From assembly GCA_042408215.1 (NCBI GenBank), contig JAYFMW010000007.1, positions 128,001 to 192,000 on the forward strand: 64,000 bases of DNA, read 5' to 3'. The number at the start of each line of letters is the position of its first letter. Position 1 is the first letter of the stretch. Shown in pieces: positions 9,439-19,863 of the stretch. Position numbers and translations under genes: made by a program. The notes beneath the pieces are model-generated. The model ran no database searches, was not told the origin of the DNA, and saw only the letters and a program-made list of their open reading frames with translations. This DNA is from Microcoleus sp. Its GTDB lineage: Bacteria > Cyanobacteriota > Cyanobacteriia > Cyanobacteriales > Microcoleaceae.

Positions 9439-10791
9439 ATGAATAAATGGCCGAAATTCCTCCCCCATCCTACATCATGGGCGAGGGGGTTTGCCTTAAG
9501 CATTAGTTTTTGGTTGATTGTTTCTGTACTGTCGCCCAATGCTTACTACTACTACTATGGATTTAGCAGGACCTATTGGTACATCATCAGGAACTCTGAC
9601 TTTGAAGCCATAATGACATTTGCTTGGTTATCCCAAATCTGGTTATTTGCTTTCTATCACTGGGGAGTAACTAAGGTTGCCGAGTGGGTGGAAATACGGA
9701 GGAACAATCAGCAACCACCTGAAATATCTGCGTGGCAACACGGTCGGGAAGGTATGATCGCATTTCTGACGCTACCTGCTGCGATTTTGATGGGAATTCC
9801 GGCGATCGCAATTTTTATGCTACCTGTCAGAAGCTCTTCGGGCGCGCTGATTGCTTTAATTCTAGGAACTGCGATCGCATCTAGTTACCTCTATTATTTC
9901 CGCTTTGGACAACTGCTTAAAAATATCCTTCAGCCTCTCTGGAATTTTGTTGTAAACCTTCTCAAAATATTTGAACTGTTGTTAGTTCCAGTAGTAACTG
10001 GGACTCCATTTTTTATGCTCACTATTGCGACGGCCCAAATCATACCGCAACAGTTATTACCACTAACAACCTTCTGCTTAGTTGTTTGCATATTTCTGAG
10101 CGGAATAGTCGGATATGCAGCCTTGCAATATTGGTCAGCGCATCTAGTTAATTGGGCCGCGACTTGGTGGCCGGCCCAATCTCCTGGTTACAGCCACCTC
10201 CAAGCTAGAAAAGCTTGGAAACACAACAAAACAGTAACTAAGCAATCTTTTATTCGACACTCAACCAGTTGGCATTTAGCAGCTAACGACGCTACCAACC
10301 TGATCTATTTAAACCTGATATCGCTCATGCTCGGTTTTTTCGGTTATTTGCTGTTTGGAGATTCATCGAAGTGGACACAAATAGAAGAAGAGATTTTAGG
10401 ATTGGTGGCGGTGCTAGCTTGGATTGCGCCGTGGTATTTCTGGGGGTGGCCTCGCGAAGTAGAAATTGCCATCGGTAAGCGGGAGGCTAAGAAAACGCGA
10501 TCGCCCAATTCTAACTCACCGGCTCCAAACCCCATAGAACAAGAGCTAAATCAACTCAAAGCCGCAAGTGGAATGACTCGGATGAGGCCTGTGAGGCGAT
10601 CGACCCAGCCAACTCCTGAAGTGCCGGAATGGTATGTGTTTCGCAGCGGTGAAGCCAAGGGGCCTTACACTAAATTACAATTGTGGGAGATTCAGGAAAT
10701 CACAGCCCGAACGAAAGTGCGGCGCGGGGAAGCCGAGTGGCTGCGCGCGGGTGAAATTCCAGAATTGGCGGCGTACCTCACTCAAAAATAA
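9439..10791 (+). CDS. Multi-pass membrane protein with C-terminal GYF_2 (DUF4339)-like domain
   Basis: Many hydrophobic segments; WYVFRSGEAKGPYT..L....I...TKVRR...W.RAGEIPEL. Confidence 0.8.
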   Translation: MNKWPKFLPHPTSWARGFALSISFWLIVSVLSPNAYYYYYGFSRTYWYIIRNSDFEAIMTFAWLSQIWLFAFYHWGVTKVAEWVEIRRNNQQPPEISAWQHGREGMIAFLTLPAAILMGIPAIAIFMLPVRSSSGALIALILGTAIASSYLYYFRFGQLLKNILQPLWNFVVNLLKIFELLLVPVVTGTPFFMLTIATAQIIPQQLLPLTTFCLVVCIFLSGIVGYAALQYWSAHLVNWAATWWPAQSPGYSHLQARKAWKHNKTVTKQSFIRHSTSWHLAANDATNLIYLNLISLMLGFFGYLLFGDSSKWTQIEEEILGLVAVLAWIAPWYFWGWPREVEIAIGKREAKKTRSPNSNSPAPNPIEQELNQLKAASGMTRMRPVRRSTQPTPEVPEWYVFRSGEAKGPYTKLQLWEIQEITARTKVRRGEAEWLRAGEIPELAAYLTQK

Positions 10792-10818
10792 AAAAAACCC
10801 TCAACTTGTGAGGGTTTT
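10790..10818. terminator. Probable bidirectional intrinsic terminator
   Basis: aaaaaaaccctca-act-tgtgagggtttt hairpin between convergent genes. Confidence 0.75.
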
Positions 10819-10822
10819 GCGA

Positions 10823-10895
10823 TGCCAGGAACGAGACTTGAACTCGTGACACATGGATTTTCAGTCCATTGCTCTACCAACTGAGCTATCCCGGC
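10823..10895 (-). tRNA. trnF: tRNA-Phe (GAA), CCA not encoded
   Basis: Minus strand GCCGGGATAGCTCAGTTGGTAGAGCAATGGACTGAAAATCCATGTGTCACGAGTTCAAGTCTCGTTCCTGGCA folds as a cloverleaf. Confidence 0.97.
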
Positions 10896-11029
10896 TTGTT
10901 TTTTCACGCTTAACTACCTTAGCAGACAAGTATGGATTTTAGCAAGTGGTTTTGCAAATTAATTTTTCGATCGCGCGATCGCCCCCCGCCTGTAAGCTAA
11001 AAGCTGCACGCCTAAAACCCAAAATCGCA

Positions 11030-13801
11030 ATGGCACACCAACATCGAGGTAATGGGGACAAGAGTCTGCTTGTCCTCGGCACAATTTGGCTGCTGGGGGC
11101 AATTAGCGATCGCCTCTGGTTTGCGTTCGATCGATCCGTACCCGCCTGGGATCAAGCAGAATACCTGACTGGAACCCTGAATTACTGGCAGGTGCTCCAA
11201 CATCCGCAGTGGTTATCCGGGGAATGGTGGACAAACTTCTGGCTGCTTTCGACTAAAATTCCGCCCTTAATTTTTATTGCTACAGTGCCGTTTTTGCGTG
11301 TATTTGGCACCGCGCCCGATCGGGCTACCCTAGTTCATTTATTATTTAGTGCGATTCTCCTCGCTTCAGTTTACAGTCTGAGCGTCCAATTATTTAATCG
11401 GCAAGTCGGTTTGTGGGCCGCTGCAATTTGTGTAGTTTTGCCGGGACTTTATCGGTTCCGCTTGCAATTTTTACTCGACTATCCCCTGACTGCTGCGATT
11501 ACTTTGACTTTCTTTTGTCTGACAATGTGGAATCAGGAATCAGGAAGGCACGACACTGATGTTGACACGGATACACGGATTAATTATCCACAAGGGAGAG
11601 AAATAAGGAAGAAGGAAGAGGGAAGGTGTGACACGGATTTTGACGCGGATACAGGGATGAATTATCGAAAAGAGGGAGAAATTATTTCTCTTTCTCTATC
11701 GTCTTACTTTTGGGCGATCGCCTTTGGCATCTCTCTCGGTTTATCAATCCTAGTCAAACACACTACCGTATTATTTCTATTTACCCCAATTGTCTGGTTG
11801 GCTGTCGGTACTTTTCGACAAAAAGCTTGGGGAAGATTAGCTCAATTAGCAGGTGCTTTGTTGCTGTCGGTGGCGGTATTTGGCCCTTGGGCAAAAACGA
11901 ATTGGCTGTTAATTTTGACAGGGGGAAAACGGGCAACTTTCGATTCTGCGATCGCCGAAGGAGATCCCGCCCTCAATACAATCAATGCTTGGATTTACTA
12001 CGCTCAGCACTTACCAGAACAGGTTTCTTGGCCGCTGTTACTCATTCCCTTAGTAGGATTGTTACTTTATTATTGGCGCAATCGGCAAGATAGTTTATCA
12101 AAATTGCATTTCAAATCCTGTCGGTGGCTGGCCGTTTTTTGGGTTGGAGCTTATCTAATTAATTCGCTGAATCTTAATAAAGATGACCGATATGTTGTGC
12201 CTTATTTGCCAGTAGTAGCAATTTTTTTGGCATACTGTTTGACGCTGTGGCCCCGCCAGTGGGGACAACAAATTCGCTGGGGTACAATGGGCTTAGCAAT
12301 TGCCGCGATGCTGTTCCATATGTGGCCGCTGGGAGGTGCTTTGGGAGATAATTTAGTCCAAATTGTTAGTCCCGGTAATTCTAGTTATCCTTACTTGGGG
12401 AAAGAGTGGCCGCACCGAGAAGTAATTGCAGAAATTATTGATACAGAACCTTATTTGCAATCTACTTTAGGCGTGTTACCTTCGACACCGGAAATTAATC
12501 AGCATAATTTGAATTATTATGGTGCTTTGGCGAATTTTCAGGTTTACGGGCGACAGGTGGGGACAAGTTTAAAAGAAGTGCCGCAAGATGTGCGATCGCT
12601 CTCTTGGTTTGTCACAAAAACAGGGCCCCAAGGTTCGATTCGCGAAGGGATTAAAAAGGCTCAAAATGCAGCGGTGGCGGCTATCGAAAAAGGCGACAAA
12701 TTTCAGTTGCAAAAAAGTTGGATTTTGCCCGATAATACTAATTTGAATCTTTATCGGAAGCGCTGGCGGGCTGTGGAAATCCAGCCTTTGAATGAAGTGC
12801 GATCGCAAGTACAATTAGAGCAAGTTACTTTGCCGGCAAAAGCTGTTCCTGGAGTTCCGATTCCGGTAACATATATTTGGTCTGGGCCTTGGCAGCAGTT
12901 GCAGTCGGGTTTGGTTTTGCTGACGTGGAAAAATCGCCTAGGTAGCGATCTTCAAACGGGCCAGACTTATCGGATTTTACACGATCGCGCGATCGCCCAG
13001 GCAACTTTGCATCCGGGGATTCTGGAAGCTGATAAATTTGCAGTCGGGTTTCGAGTAGTCGATCGCACGGCGATGCTTCCTCCTGCTAATATTGCACCGG
13101 GAAGTTACAATCTGGAAGCTACTTATCTGAATCGGAAAACCGGCGAAACCTATCCGATAAATGTGGCGGCAGTTAGTGTTAAAATCGAGTCAGAGCCTCT
13201 GAATCTGCGTTCCCAGACCCTGCCGGGGAACGAAAATGATAAAAAGTTTAAAATTAAGGCAAAGCCTCTAGATCTACCTTCCAAGGCTCTTCCTGGGAAC
13301 GAGGATAATGCTAATATCCCTGAGTTAGATTTGGTGACTCAGTTGCGGGTGATGGCTGCTAATTTACCGAAAGGATTGCCCGGTTTAGAACCAGTGTTCG
13401 AGCAGATTGGACGCATCAATCAGTACGATCCAATTCAAGATTATACCATACAAGCGGAACAAGCATTTGAATATCGGTTGAAGCAAGAACCAAACAATCT
13501 AGAATTAGCCTATGGGTTAGCATTTTCTAGGGCATTGCAACAAAATGTAAAAGGTGCGATCGCAGCTTTAGAAAAAGTCACTCAACTCGACTCAAAAAAC
13601 CCCTACGCCTATGCTTATCTAGCTTTTGTTAACCTTTATGGTTGGCATCCCAAAGCCGCTGAAACAGCCTTAAAACCTGCTCTCGCTCTCAACCCCAATC
13701 TACCAGAAATTAGAGTCTTAAATGGTGTAGCTGGACTCTTGCAAGGCAATCTCATCCAAGCATGGCAAGATTTACAATACTTGAAAAAACTCAAAATTTA
13801 A
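11030..13801 (+). CDS. GT-C (PMT_2/ArnT-like) membrane glycosyltransferase with C-terminal TPRs
   Basis: PAWDQAEYL, KIPPL, FLLDYP, many TM helices, TPR-like C-terminus; ATG at 11030 preferred over GTG at 10946. Confidence 0.85.
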   Translation: MAHQHRGNGDKSLLVLGTIWLLGAISDRLWFAFDRSVPAWDQAEYLTGTLNYWQVLQHPQWLSGEWWTNFWLLSTKIPPLIFIATVPFLRVFGTAPDRATLVHLLFSAILLASVYSLSVQLFNRQVGLWAAAICVVLPGLYRFRLQFLLDYPLTAAITLTFFCLTMWNQESGRHDTDVDTDTRINYPQGREIRKKEEGRCDTDFDADTGMNYRKEGEIISLSLSSYFWAIAFGISLGLSILVKHTTVLFLFTPIVWLAVGTFRQKAWGRLAQLAGALLLSVAVFGPWAKTNWLLILTGGKRATFDSAIAEGDPALNTINAWIYYAQHLPEQVSWPLLLIPLVGLLLYYWRNRQDSLSKLHFKSCRWLAVFWVGAYLINSLNLNKDDRYVVPYLPVVAIFLAYCLTLWPRQWGQQIRWGTMGLAIAAMLFHMWPLGGALGDNLVQIVSPGNSSYPYLGKEWPHREVIAEIIDTEPYLQSTLGVLPSTPEINQHNLNYYGALANFQVYGRQVGTSLKEVPQDVRSLSWFVTKTGPQGSIREGIKKAQNAAVAAIEKGDKFQLQKSWILPDNTNLNLYRKRWRAVEIQPLNEVRSQVQLEQVTLPAKAVPGVPIPVTYIWSGPWQQLQSGLVLLTWKNRLGSDLQTGQTYRILHDRAIAQATLHPGILEADKFAVGFRVVDRTAMLPPANIAPGSYNLEATYLNRKTGETYPINVAAVSVKIESEPLNLRSQTLPGNENDKKFKIKAKPLDLPSKALPGNEDNANIPELDLVTQLRVMAANLPKGLPGLEPVFEQIGRINQYDPIQDYTIQAEQAFEYRLKQEPNNLELAYGLAFSRALQQNVKGAIAALEKVTQLDSKNPYAYAYLAFVNLYGWHPKAAETALKPALALNPNLPEIRVLNGVAGLLQGNLIQAWQDLQYLKKLKI

Positions 13802-13900
13802 CAATCCCTTTTATTGTGGCACGGGCGTCCCGCCTGTGCTTCATGTCAATTCTGGTTGCATCGGAATTAATATAACCCGAAATCAGGACACAACATTGTT

Positions 13901-14098
13901 CATTGGTGTCAACTTAAGCTTGAAAGCCTTGATAAATCTCGTTTTTACCTAAGTCGAGATCCCCCTAAATCCCCCTGATTGTTGGGGGACTTGGAGAAGA
14001 ATCTTGTCCCCCCCGACTATCCGGGGGCTAGGGGGGAGCGAAATCTAAGAGTCAAACAGTAGACTGGTACTACGTTTTACGTTAAGTTGACACTAATG
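13901..14098. mobile_element. 198-bp MITE, TIR CATTGGTGTCAACTTAA, about 9-bp TSD
   Basis: aacattgtt|cattggtgtcaacttaag ... gttaagttgacactaatg|aacaatgtt. Confidence 0.85.
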
Positions 14099-14149
14099 AA
14101 CAATGTTGTGTCCCTACGAAATATCTGTTGTGTACCATTTTGTACCATA

Positions 14150-14365
14150 AAAATAAGGACACAACAATGTTGTGTCCCTACAGGAGATCTGTATTTCACC
14201 TGATATCAGATTAGATCTGTAGGGAAACGGCACTGTCGTGTCCGGGGCTTCGCGTTCATTGCCAGAAAAATCAGGACACAACAATGTTGTGTCCCTACAG
14301 GAGATCTGTATTTCACCTGATATCAGATTAGATCTGTAGGGAAACGGCACTGTCGTGTCCGGGGT
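14150..14365. repeat. Two tandem about 117-bp REP-like doublets
   Basis: aggacacaacaatgttgtgtccctac ... gtagggaaacggcactgtcgtgtcc repeated twice. Confidence 0.85.
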
Positions 14366-14376
14366 TTCTGCTATTC

Positions 14377-14985
14377 CTACTTGGCATCCGCCGGAATCAA
14401 AACCTTATCAATTACGTGAATCACGCCGTTGCTAGCTTTGATATCAGCTTTCACAACATTAGCACCCTCTACTGTCACCTTGCCACCGCTAACTACTACC
14501 TTCAGCGGGGTTTTTTCCACAGTTGGAACATCACCAGATTTCAGGCTAGTAGAGAGAACTGAACCAGACACAACGTGGTAAGTCAAAATCTTAACAAGTT
14601 TGGCTTTGTTTGCGGGTTTCAGCAAATCATCCAAAGTGCCTTTTGGTAAAGCTGCGAATGCGGCATCTGTCGGCGCGAAAACAGTGAAGGGGCCTTTTCC
14701 TTGTAAAGTTGGAACTAATCCTGCGACTGTCAAAGCCTTCGTCAGTGTCTTGAATTGAGCGTCGCCAGATGCAATAGCAACAATATCCTTAGCAGCGGCC
14801 ATTGGTGCCGGTGAAGCAGCGGTTTTCACATTTCCTGCAACTTGTTGAGTTTGAGTTGCACTAGCAACAGTGGTGTTGGAATTGATGTGAGCCCAAGCTG
14901 GGAAACCGATTAGGGCACTTGCGCCGATTACTCCTGCGAAACCTGTCAGTTGTTTCATCCAGCTAGGTAAATTTTGATTTTTCAT
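14377..14985 (-). CDS. Fasciclin (FAS1) domain protein with signal peptide
   Basis: [29 protein letters not shown]. Confidence 0.95.
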   Translation of the reverse strand: MKNQNLPSWMKQLTGFAGVIGASALIGFPAWAHINSNTTVASATQTQQVAGNVKTAASPAPMAAAKDIVAIASGDAQFKTLTKALTVAGLVPTLQGKGPFTVFAPTDAAFAALPKGTLDDLLKPANKAKLVKILTYHVVSGSVLSTSLKSGDVPTVEKTPLKVVVSGGKVTVEGANVVKADIKASNGVIHVIDKVLIPADAK

Positions 14986-15135
14986 TACGCTTGTATTTCC
15001 TTATGACAATAAAACAATGGACTTGAATGCTGATGTTAGGGAAGTCTCAACAAAAAAATGTAAAGGGTAAATCCTTTTGTATTCTCTATCGACCTAAAAC
15101 TCTCTTACTATAGCGCAAGCTGGCGGATAACAAGC

Positions 15136-15918
15136 TCAACCTCTAAATTTGTAACTCAAAATCTCAATCACCGAACCGCTTTGTGGCAAATCGGTCGATC
15201 GCACCAAAAGTGTATCATTATTCAATCGACGCACCGGCGTGCCATCCATCAGCGCCAGAAATTCATCTAGTGTTACCAAATCGCAAGCAGCAGCATCAGC
15301 GGCTTGGGTTTTGAAATGTGTGGGAATCACCATCTTTGGTTTGAGAAGTTGCAAAGTTTGCTTCGCTTCCGCAGGAGTATAAGCTTTCGGGCCACCACCC
15401 ACGGGAATCAACACCACATCCGGGCGTCCGATTAAGATTTGTTCTTCAATGCCGATCGGGCCTGCAACTCCACCCAGATGTAAAATCTTAACACCAGCTT
15501 GCTGCCACAGCCAAGCCACATTGACCCCAAATCGCCGTCCTCCCTCACGGTCTTTTTGCGTCCGAATTCCTTGGAGCCGCAGCCCATTTGACTGATAAGA
15601 CCCCGGTTCGTACAAAAGACCCGGATTGCCCAAAAATCCATCTATCGCCCCTTCATCGAGCAACCGGCTGCTAATCAGAATCAAATCAGTAGCGACTTTA
15701 GGAGCTCTATAGCCCGCCGTACAGCCGATCGGGCGAAAAGGATTCACCAGCACCCTCGCACCGCCTCCTGTAAACAAAAAGCAAGTGTGCCCCAACCACT
15801 GAACCGACAAAGAATCAGCAGTTTGAGCAAGATAGCTTTCCCATCCAGATGACAAACCAGTTGCTAAAGCTGCCAATAAACTTGTCTGTGCGTAACGCAT
15901 TAATTGTCGCCGTTTCAT
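15136..15918 (-). CDS. Metallo-beta-lactamase-fold protein with twin-arginine-like leader
   Basis: MKRRQL, WLGHTCF, LIPVGG, IPTHF; canonical metal ligands partly lost. Confidence 0.85.
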   Translation of the reverse strand: MKRRQLMRYAQTSLLAALATGLSSGWESYLAQTADSLSVQWLGHTCFLFTGGGARVLVNPFRPIGCTAGYRAPKVATDLILISSRLLDEGAIDGFLGNPGLLYEPGSYQSNGLRLQGIRTQKDREGGRRFGVNVAWLWQQAGVKILHLGGVAGPIGIEEQILIGRPDVVLIPVGGGPKAYTPAEAKQTLQLLKPKMVIPTHFKTQAADAAACDLVTLDEFLALMDGTPVRRLNNDTLLVRSTDLPQSGSVIEILSYKFRG

Positions 15919-15989
15919 CTTGAGGTTCTGTTATCGGGTGTTAGTCGTATGTTGTTATAGCATAAATTCATCAAAAAACAATATTAAAC

Positions 15990-16619
15990 CAAGATCTAGA
16001 ATCCTGAGAAATCAGAATGATTCATGTATCACCCTCTTGACTCTGTGTTCTCTGCGCCCTCTGCGGTTAAAACATTGCAGTAAAATAGGAATTGAGCAAA
16101 GATCTAGAATCCTGAGAAATCAGAATGATTCATGTATCACCCTCTTGACTCTGTGTTCTCTGCGCCCTCTGCGGTTAAAACATTCCGGTAAAATAGGAAT
16201 CGATCAAAATATAGAATCCTGAGAAATCAGAATGATTCATGTATCACCCTCTTGACTCTGTGTTCTCTGCGCCCTCTGCGGTTAAAACATTGCAGTAAAA
16301 TAGGAATCGATCAAAATATAGAATCCTGAGAAATCAGAATGATTCATGTATCACCCTCTTGACTCTGTGTTCTCTGCGCCCTCTGCGGTTAAAACATTCC
16401 AGTAAAATAGGAATCGATCAAAATATAGAATCCTGAGAAATCAGAATGATTCATGTATCACCCTCTTGACTCTGTGTTCTCTGCGCCCTCTGCGGTTAAA
16501 ACATTCCAGTAAAATAGGAATCGATCAAAATATAGAATCCTGAGAAATCAGAATGATTCATGTATCACCCTCTTGACTCTGTGTTCTCTGCGCCCTCTGC
16601 GGTTAAAACATTCCGGTAC
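15990..16619. repeat. 107/108-bp tandem array, about 6 copies
   Basis: agaatcctgagaaatcag starts at 15998, 16106, 16213, 16320, 16427, 16534. Confidence 0.97.
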
Positions 16620-16748
16620 AAATCGGTTTCTCGTAATTCTGGAATTTGAGGCGAAGATGAGAACAAAAAACCGGGTTTTTCAGATTAATTCCTTAGCCAA
16701 AAACCCGGTTTCTCATGGTAATTGCTTTTTTTTCCTGACCAACAAACT

Positions 16749-17336
16749 CTAAAGCAGTTCCAAGAAATTGCGTAATAATTGTTTCCCCGAAGTCGTTAAA
16801 ATACTTTCCGGGTGAAACTGTACACCTTCAATATGCGGATATTCCCGATGTCGCACGCCCATAATCGTGCCATCCTCAACCCAAGCCGTAACTTCCAAAA
16901 CTTCTGGACAACTCTGCTTTTCAATTACCAAACTGTGATAGCGAGTTGCAATCATCGGCGATTCCACACCCCTAAAAACTCCGACTCCACTATGTTCAAC
17001 CTGAGAAGTTTTGCCGTGCATTAATATCGGTGCAGAAACAATTTTGCCACCGAATACTTGGCCGATGCTTTGATGTCCGAGACACACGCCTAAAATTGGC
17101 ATAGTCGGCCCCAATTCTTTGATTAATTCCAGAGAAATTCCCGCATCTTCCGGCCGCCCTGGGCCTGGAGAAATCACAACTGCTGCCGGCTGCAATCGGC
17201 GAATTTCTGCTAGGGAAATTTGGTCGTTGCGGTAGACTTGCACCTCTTTTGCTACTGGCAACTCAGCACCTAGTTCTCCTAGATACTGCACCAAATTGTA
17301 TGTAAAACTGTCGTAGTTATCGATGACTATAATCAC
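16749..17336 (-). CDS. trpG: Anthranilate synthase component II / PabA glutamine amidotransferase
   Basis: IDNYDSFTYNL, SPGPG, GVCLGHQ, RYHSL, QFHPES. Confidence 0.95.
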   Translation of the reverse strand: MIIVIDNYDSFTYNLVQYLGELGAELPVAKEVQVYRNDQISLAEIRRLQPAAVVISPGPGRPEDAGISLELIKELGPTMPILGVCLGHQSIGQVFGGKIVSAPILMHGKTSQVEHSGVGVFRGVESPMIATRYHSLVIEKQSCPEVLEVTAWVEDGTIMGVRHREYPHIEGVQFHPESILTTSGKQLLRNFLELL

Positions 17337-17516
17337 GGGTTAATTTTGATTTTAGGTTTGAGATTTTAGATTTTAGATTGACTCGCTGTCTGAAAGCAAG
17401 GGTTTGAAGATTTTAGATAGATGCCCAAGATAGAAATAGCTGTCATGTTTAATAATAGAACTAACAACCTCAAATTTACCATCTAAAACCTAAAATTTGC
17501 CTGCTGAATAATATAG

Positions 17517-17975
17517 CTAATTGGGGATGGCTAGTTGAACTGCTGTCAGCAAAGGAGGGAGCAAAAGTGCCACTGCGACGATCGCAGCCGCCATTGCTGA
17601 TACCAGCACCGCCCCAGCAGCGCAGTCCTTGGCAATTTTCGCGAGTTCGTGGTAAGATTGGCCCACAGTCAAGTCTACTAGGGATTCGATCGCCGTATTC
17701 AACAATTCCATTGCCAAAACTATGCCAATGGTAACGCCAATCACGGATATTTCCACAGGCTTCAGGTGCAAAAATATTGCCAAGCCGATCGCCAAAGCGC
17801 CAATAGCAGTGTGAATCCGAAAATTTCGCTGAGTTTCAAAGGCGTAAGTTATGCCCGCCCAAGCATATTTAAAACTGGTAGCTAAGCTAGATGCGATTTT
17901 CCATGACAGTTCTCGATTGTATTTTAAGGCTTTTTTCGACCCGTTGACTGTCTGATTGGAAGAGTCTTGCGGCAT
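17517..17975 (-). CDS. dgkA: Diacylglycerol/undecaprenol kinase family protein
   Basis: QRNFRIH, ELLNTAIESLVD, AKIAKDCAAGAV; start uncertain (ORF open to 18032). Confidence 0.9.
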   Translation of the reverse strand: MPQDSSNQTVNGSKKALKYNRELSWKIASSLATSFKYAWAGITYAFETQRNFRIHTAIGALAIGLAIFLHLKPVEISVIGVTIGIVLAMELLNTAIESLVDLTVGQSYHELAKIAKDCAAGAVLVSAMAAAIVAVALLLPPLLTAVQLAIPN

Positions 17976-18211
17976 GGGTAGAAGCTGTGCAATATTTGAT
18001 ATTTTTGAGTATTGATCTAGTGTCATATACAACCAACTTTAAGTGATAAAGACGAGTACATTTGAAGCATGAAAGATTGACTTCATTAAGTCTCGATAAC
18101 TTTCCTAGGTTTTTACCCAACTCTTACTGTAATTTCAGAAAATTATGTTTGACTTCCCATGATTTGTCAACTTACTCTCTACCCAGTCTATCCAATCTAA
18201 AATCCCTGTCA

Positions 18212-18745
18212 TCATGTCTGGATCACAATCCCTATTGCTTGCAGCAATGTTTCTTGTCGATCGAGCATTTGAGTTAGACTGTCTTCATCCGGGTGATCCC
18301 ACCCCAAAAGATGCAGGAAACCGTGGGCTGCAAGCCAAGCTAGTTCAGTCTTCAGGGGATGTCCTTGCTGCTGGGCTTGTCGGTGAGCTGTATCGATGGA
18401 AATCACGATATCACCCAAGTATAGAGGCTGAGATAACAGCATTTCATCTGGCTGAGGACAGTCTACCTCCAAAGCTGCAAAAGCTAGTACATCGGTCGAT
18501 CGATCCTGGTGGCGATACTGAGAATTCAGGGATTGCATCTCGTCATCCCCTGTGAGACGGAGACTGACTTCATAGCCAGGGGCCTCCGGCACATCCGCCG
18601 CCTGGTTTTCCAGCCAAACATTGAACCAAGTTTCCCAGTTTTCGGGTGAAATCTCCCCGCTGGCTGCACTCAGAGGTTGGTTGGAATCGTCAGCCGACTG
18701 TTGGGCTAGCCCGTAACAGTCTTCCACGTTCACCTCGATTAGCAT
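18212..18745 (-). CDS. ybeY: rRNA maturation endoribonuclease YbeY
   Basis: TDVLAF, LGDIVIS, HGFLHLLGWDH. Confidence 0.95.
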   Translation of the reverse strand: MLIEVNVEDCYGLAQQSADDSNQPLSAASGEISPENWETWFNVWLENQAADVPEAPGYEVSLRLTGDDEMQSLNSQYRHQDRSTDVLAFAALEVDCPQPDEMLLSQPLYLGDIVISIDTAHRQAQQQGHPLKTELAWLAAHGFLHLLGWDHPDEDSLTQMLDRQETLLQAIGIVIQT

Positions 18746-19039
18746 TTTTTGATTCTCCTGTCAAGCATTTTTATATGTAATTTTTTGTACAATCTCAAAT
18801 TGGGCGATCGAGCTAACAGACTGGTTGCTTTTAGCAGGAACCATACAACAATCTGTTAAACATTGCAAGATGCCGGGACAACAATCAGCTTAACTCCCGA
18901 TTTGTGAAAAATCAAAATAGAAGCTAAAAAACCCGGTTTCTGGCGATCGTCCTCAACCTAAAATGACGCAATCACTACCAGAAACCGGGTTTTTGCGTCC
19001 AGGAATATGGAAATTATAAGCTGATTGTGGGAATCCCGA

Positions 19040-19258
19040 TTACGAATTGAAATAGCGATCGAGAAAAGCCAAACCAACGAGTACGCCCAAAAGTCCAGCA
19101 GCAGTCAAAGCAAAATGAAACAGAGAAGTCGCCCGCTTCCGCACCATATTCCGCATCGCTAGCTTGACATAACTCGGTGGAGGTGCATTGTTTGTCGGCG
19201 CTGTCGGGGTTTCGGCGACGGGTTCTTCGGATGTTGGGGCTGAGGGAGGTTGAGTCAT
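19040..19258 (-). CDS. Small cyanobacterial membrane protein (DUF3285-like)
   Basis: PSYVKLAMRNMVRK...SLFHFALT..GLLG. Confidence 0.8.
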   Translation of the reverse strand: MTQPPSAPTSEEPVAETPTAPTNNAPPPSYVKLAMRNMVRKRATSLFHFALTAAGLLGVLVGLAFLDRYFNS

Positions 19259-19395
19259 ATTCGTTATTTTAGAAGGTTGACAGAGCACGCCACGATGTTA
19301 ACAAAAATGTAATATTTTGTGTAGGATTTTTTAGCTTTCACAGGACTTAAGCATGAGGCCCCAGCCCGCCCATAAAACGCCGAAATATCCCTCAA

Positions 19396-19647
19396 TCATT
19401 CCATCAATCCCCTCTCCCGCAACAAAGCATCCGCCCAAACAGCATCGGTTTCCGACGGCGCAGGTAGTAACTCAGCCGTATAATCGAGGGTAAAATCATA
19501 GGCGGCGCGATCGTACACAACTCGATATTTGGGTACCAGTTGGGGAACTAAAGCATCTGCGATCGCCACTATCAACCGATTATGAACTTCTGGCAAAAAA
19601 TCAGGACTTTCTCAATAGGGATTCATCCCCGGAAATGGATTAGTCAT
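19396..19647 (-). pseudogene. DUF4058-family pseudogene (internal stop and large internal deletion)
   Basis: MTNPFPGMNPY*ESPDF.PEVHNRLIVAIAD joined directly to the C-terminal VYDRAAYD..LDY....W...LL. Confidence 0.8.
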
Positions 19648-19863
19648 TGATTTAACTCCTATTAATTTACCTACTTCTACCAATTTTTTAGGCGGCTGCA
19701 TAGAATCTGATCCCCCCTAACCCCCCTTGGGAGAGGGGTGAGAGGGGGGGACAAGAGTTATTCTTTGCGATCGATCGGGAGCGTCATCAAAATCGGGGCG
19801 CAGATTAACAAAATTTTTGATTTTTTATGTAAAAGTTTTAATATCAGTTATCAACTTATTTTC

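Noticed and set aside
10823..10895. tRNA-Phe as an integration site
   Set aside because: No duplicated tRNA 3' end or integrase seen in the window
15990..16619. Possible CRISPR array
   Set aside because: Units are near-identical over their whole length; no unique spacers and no cas genes
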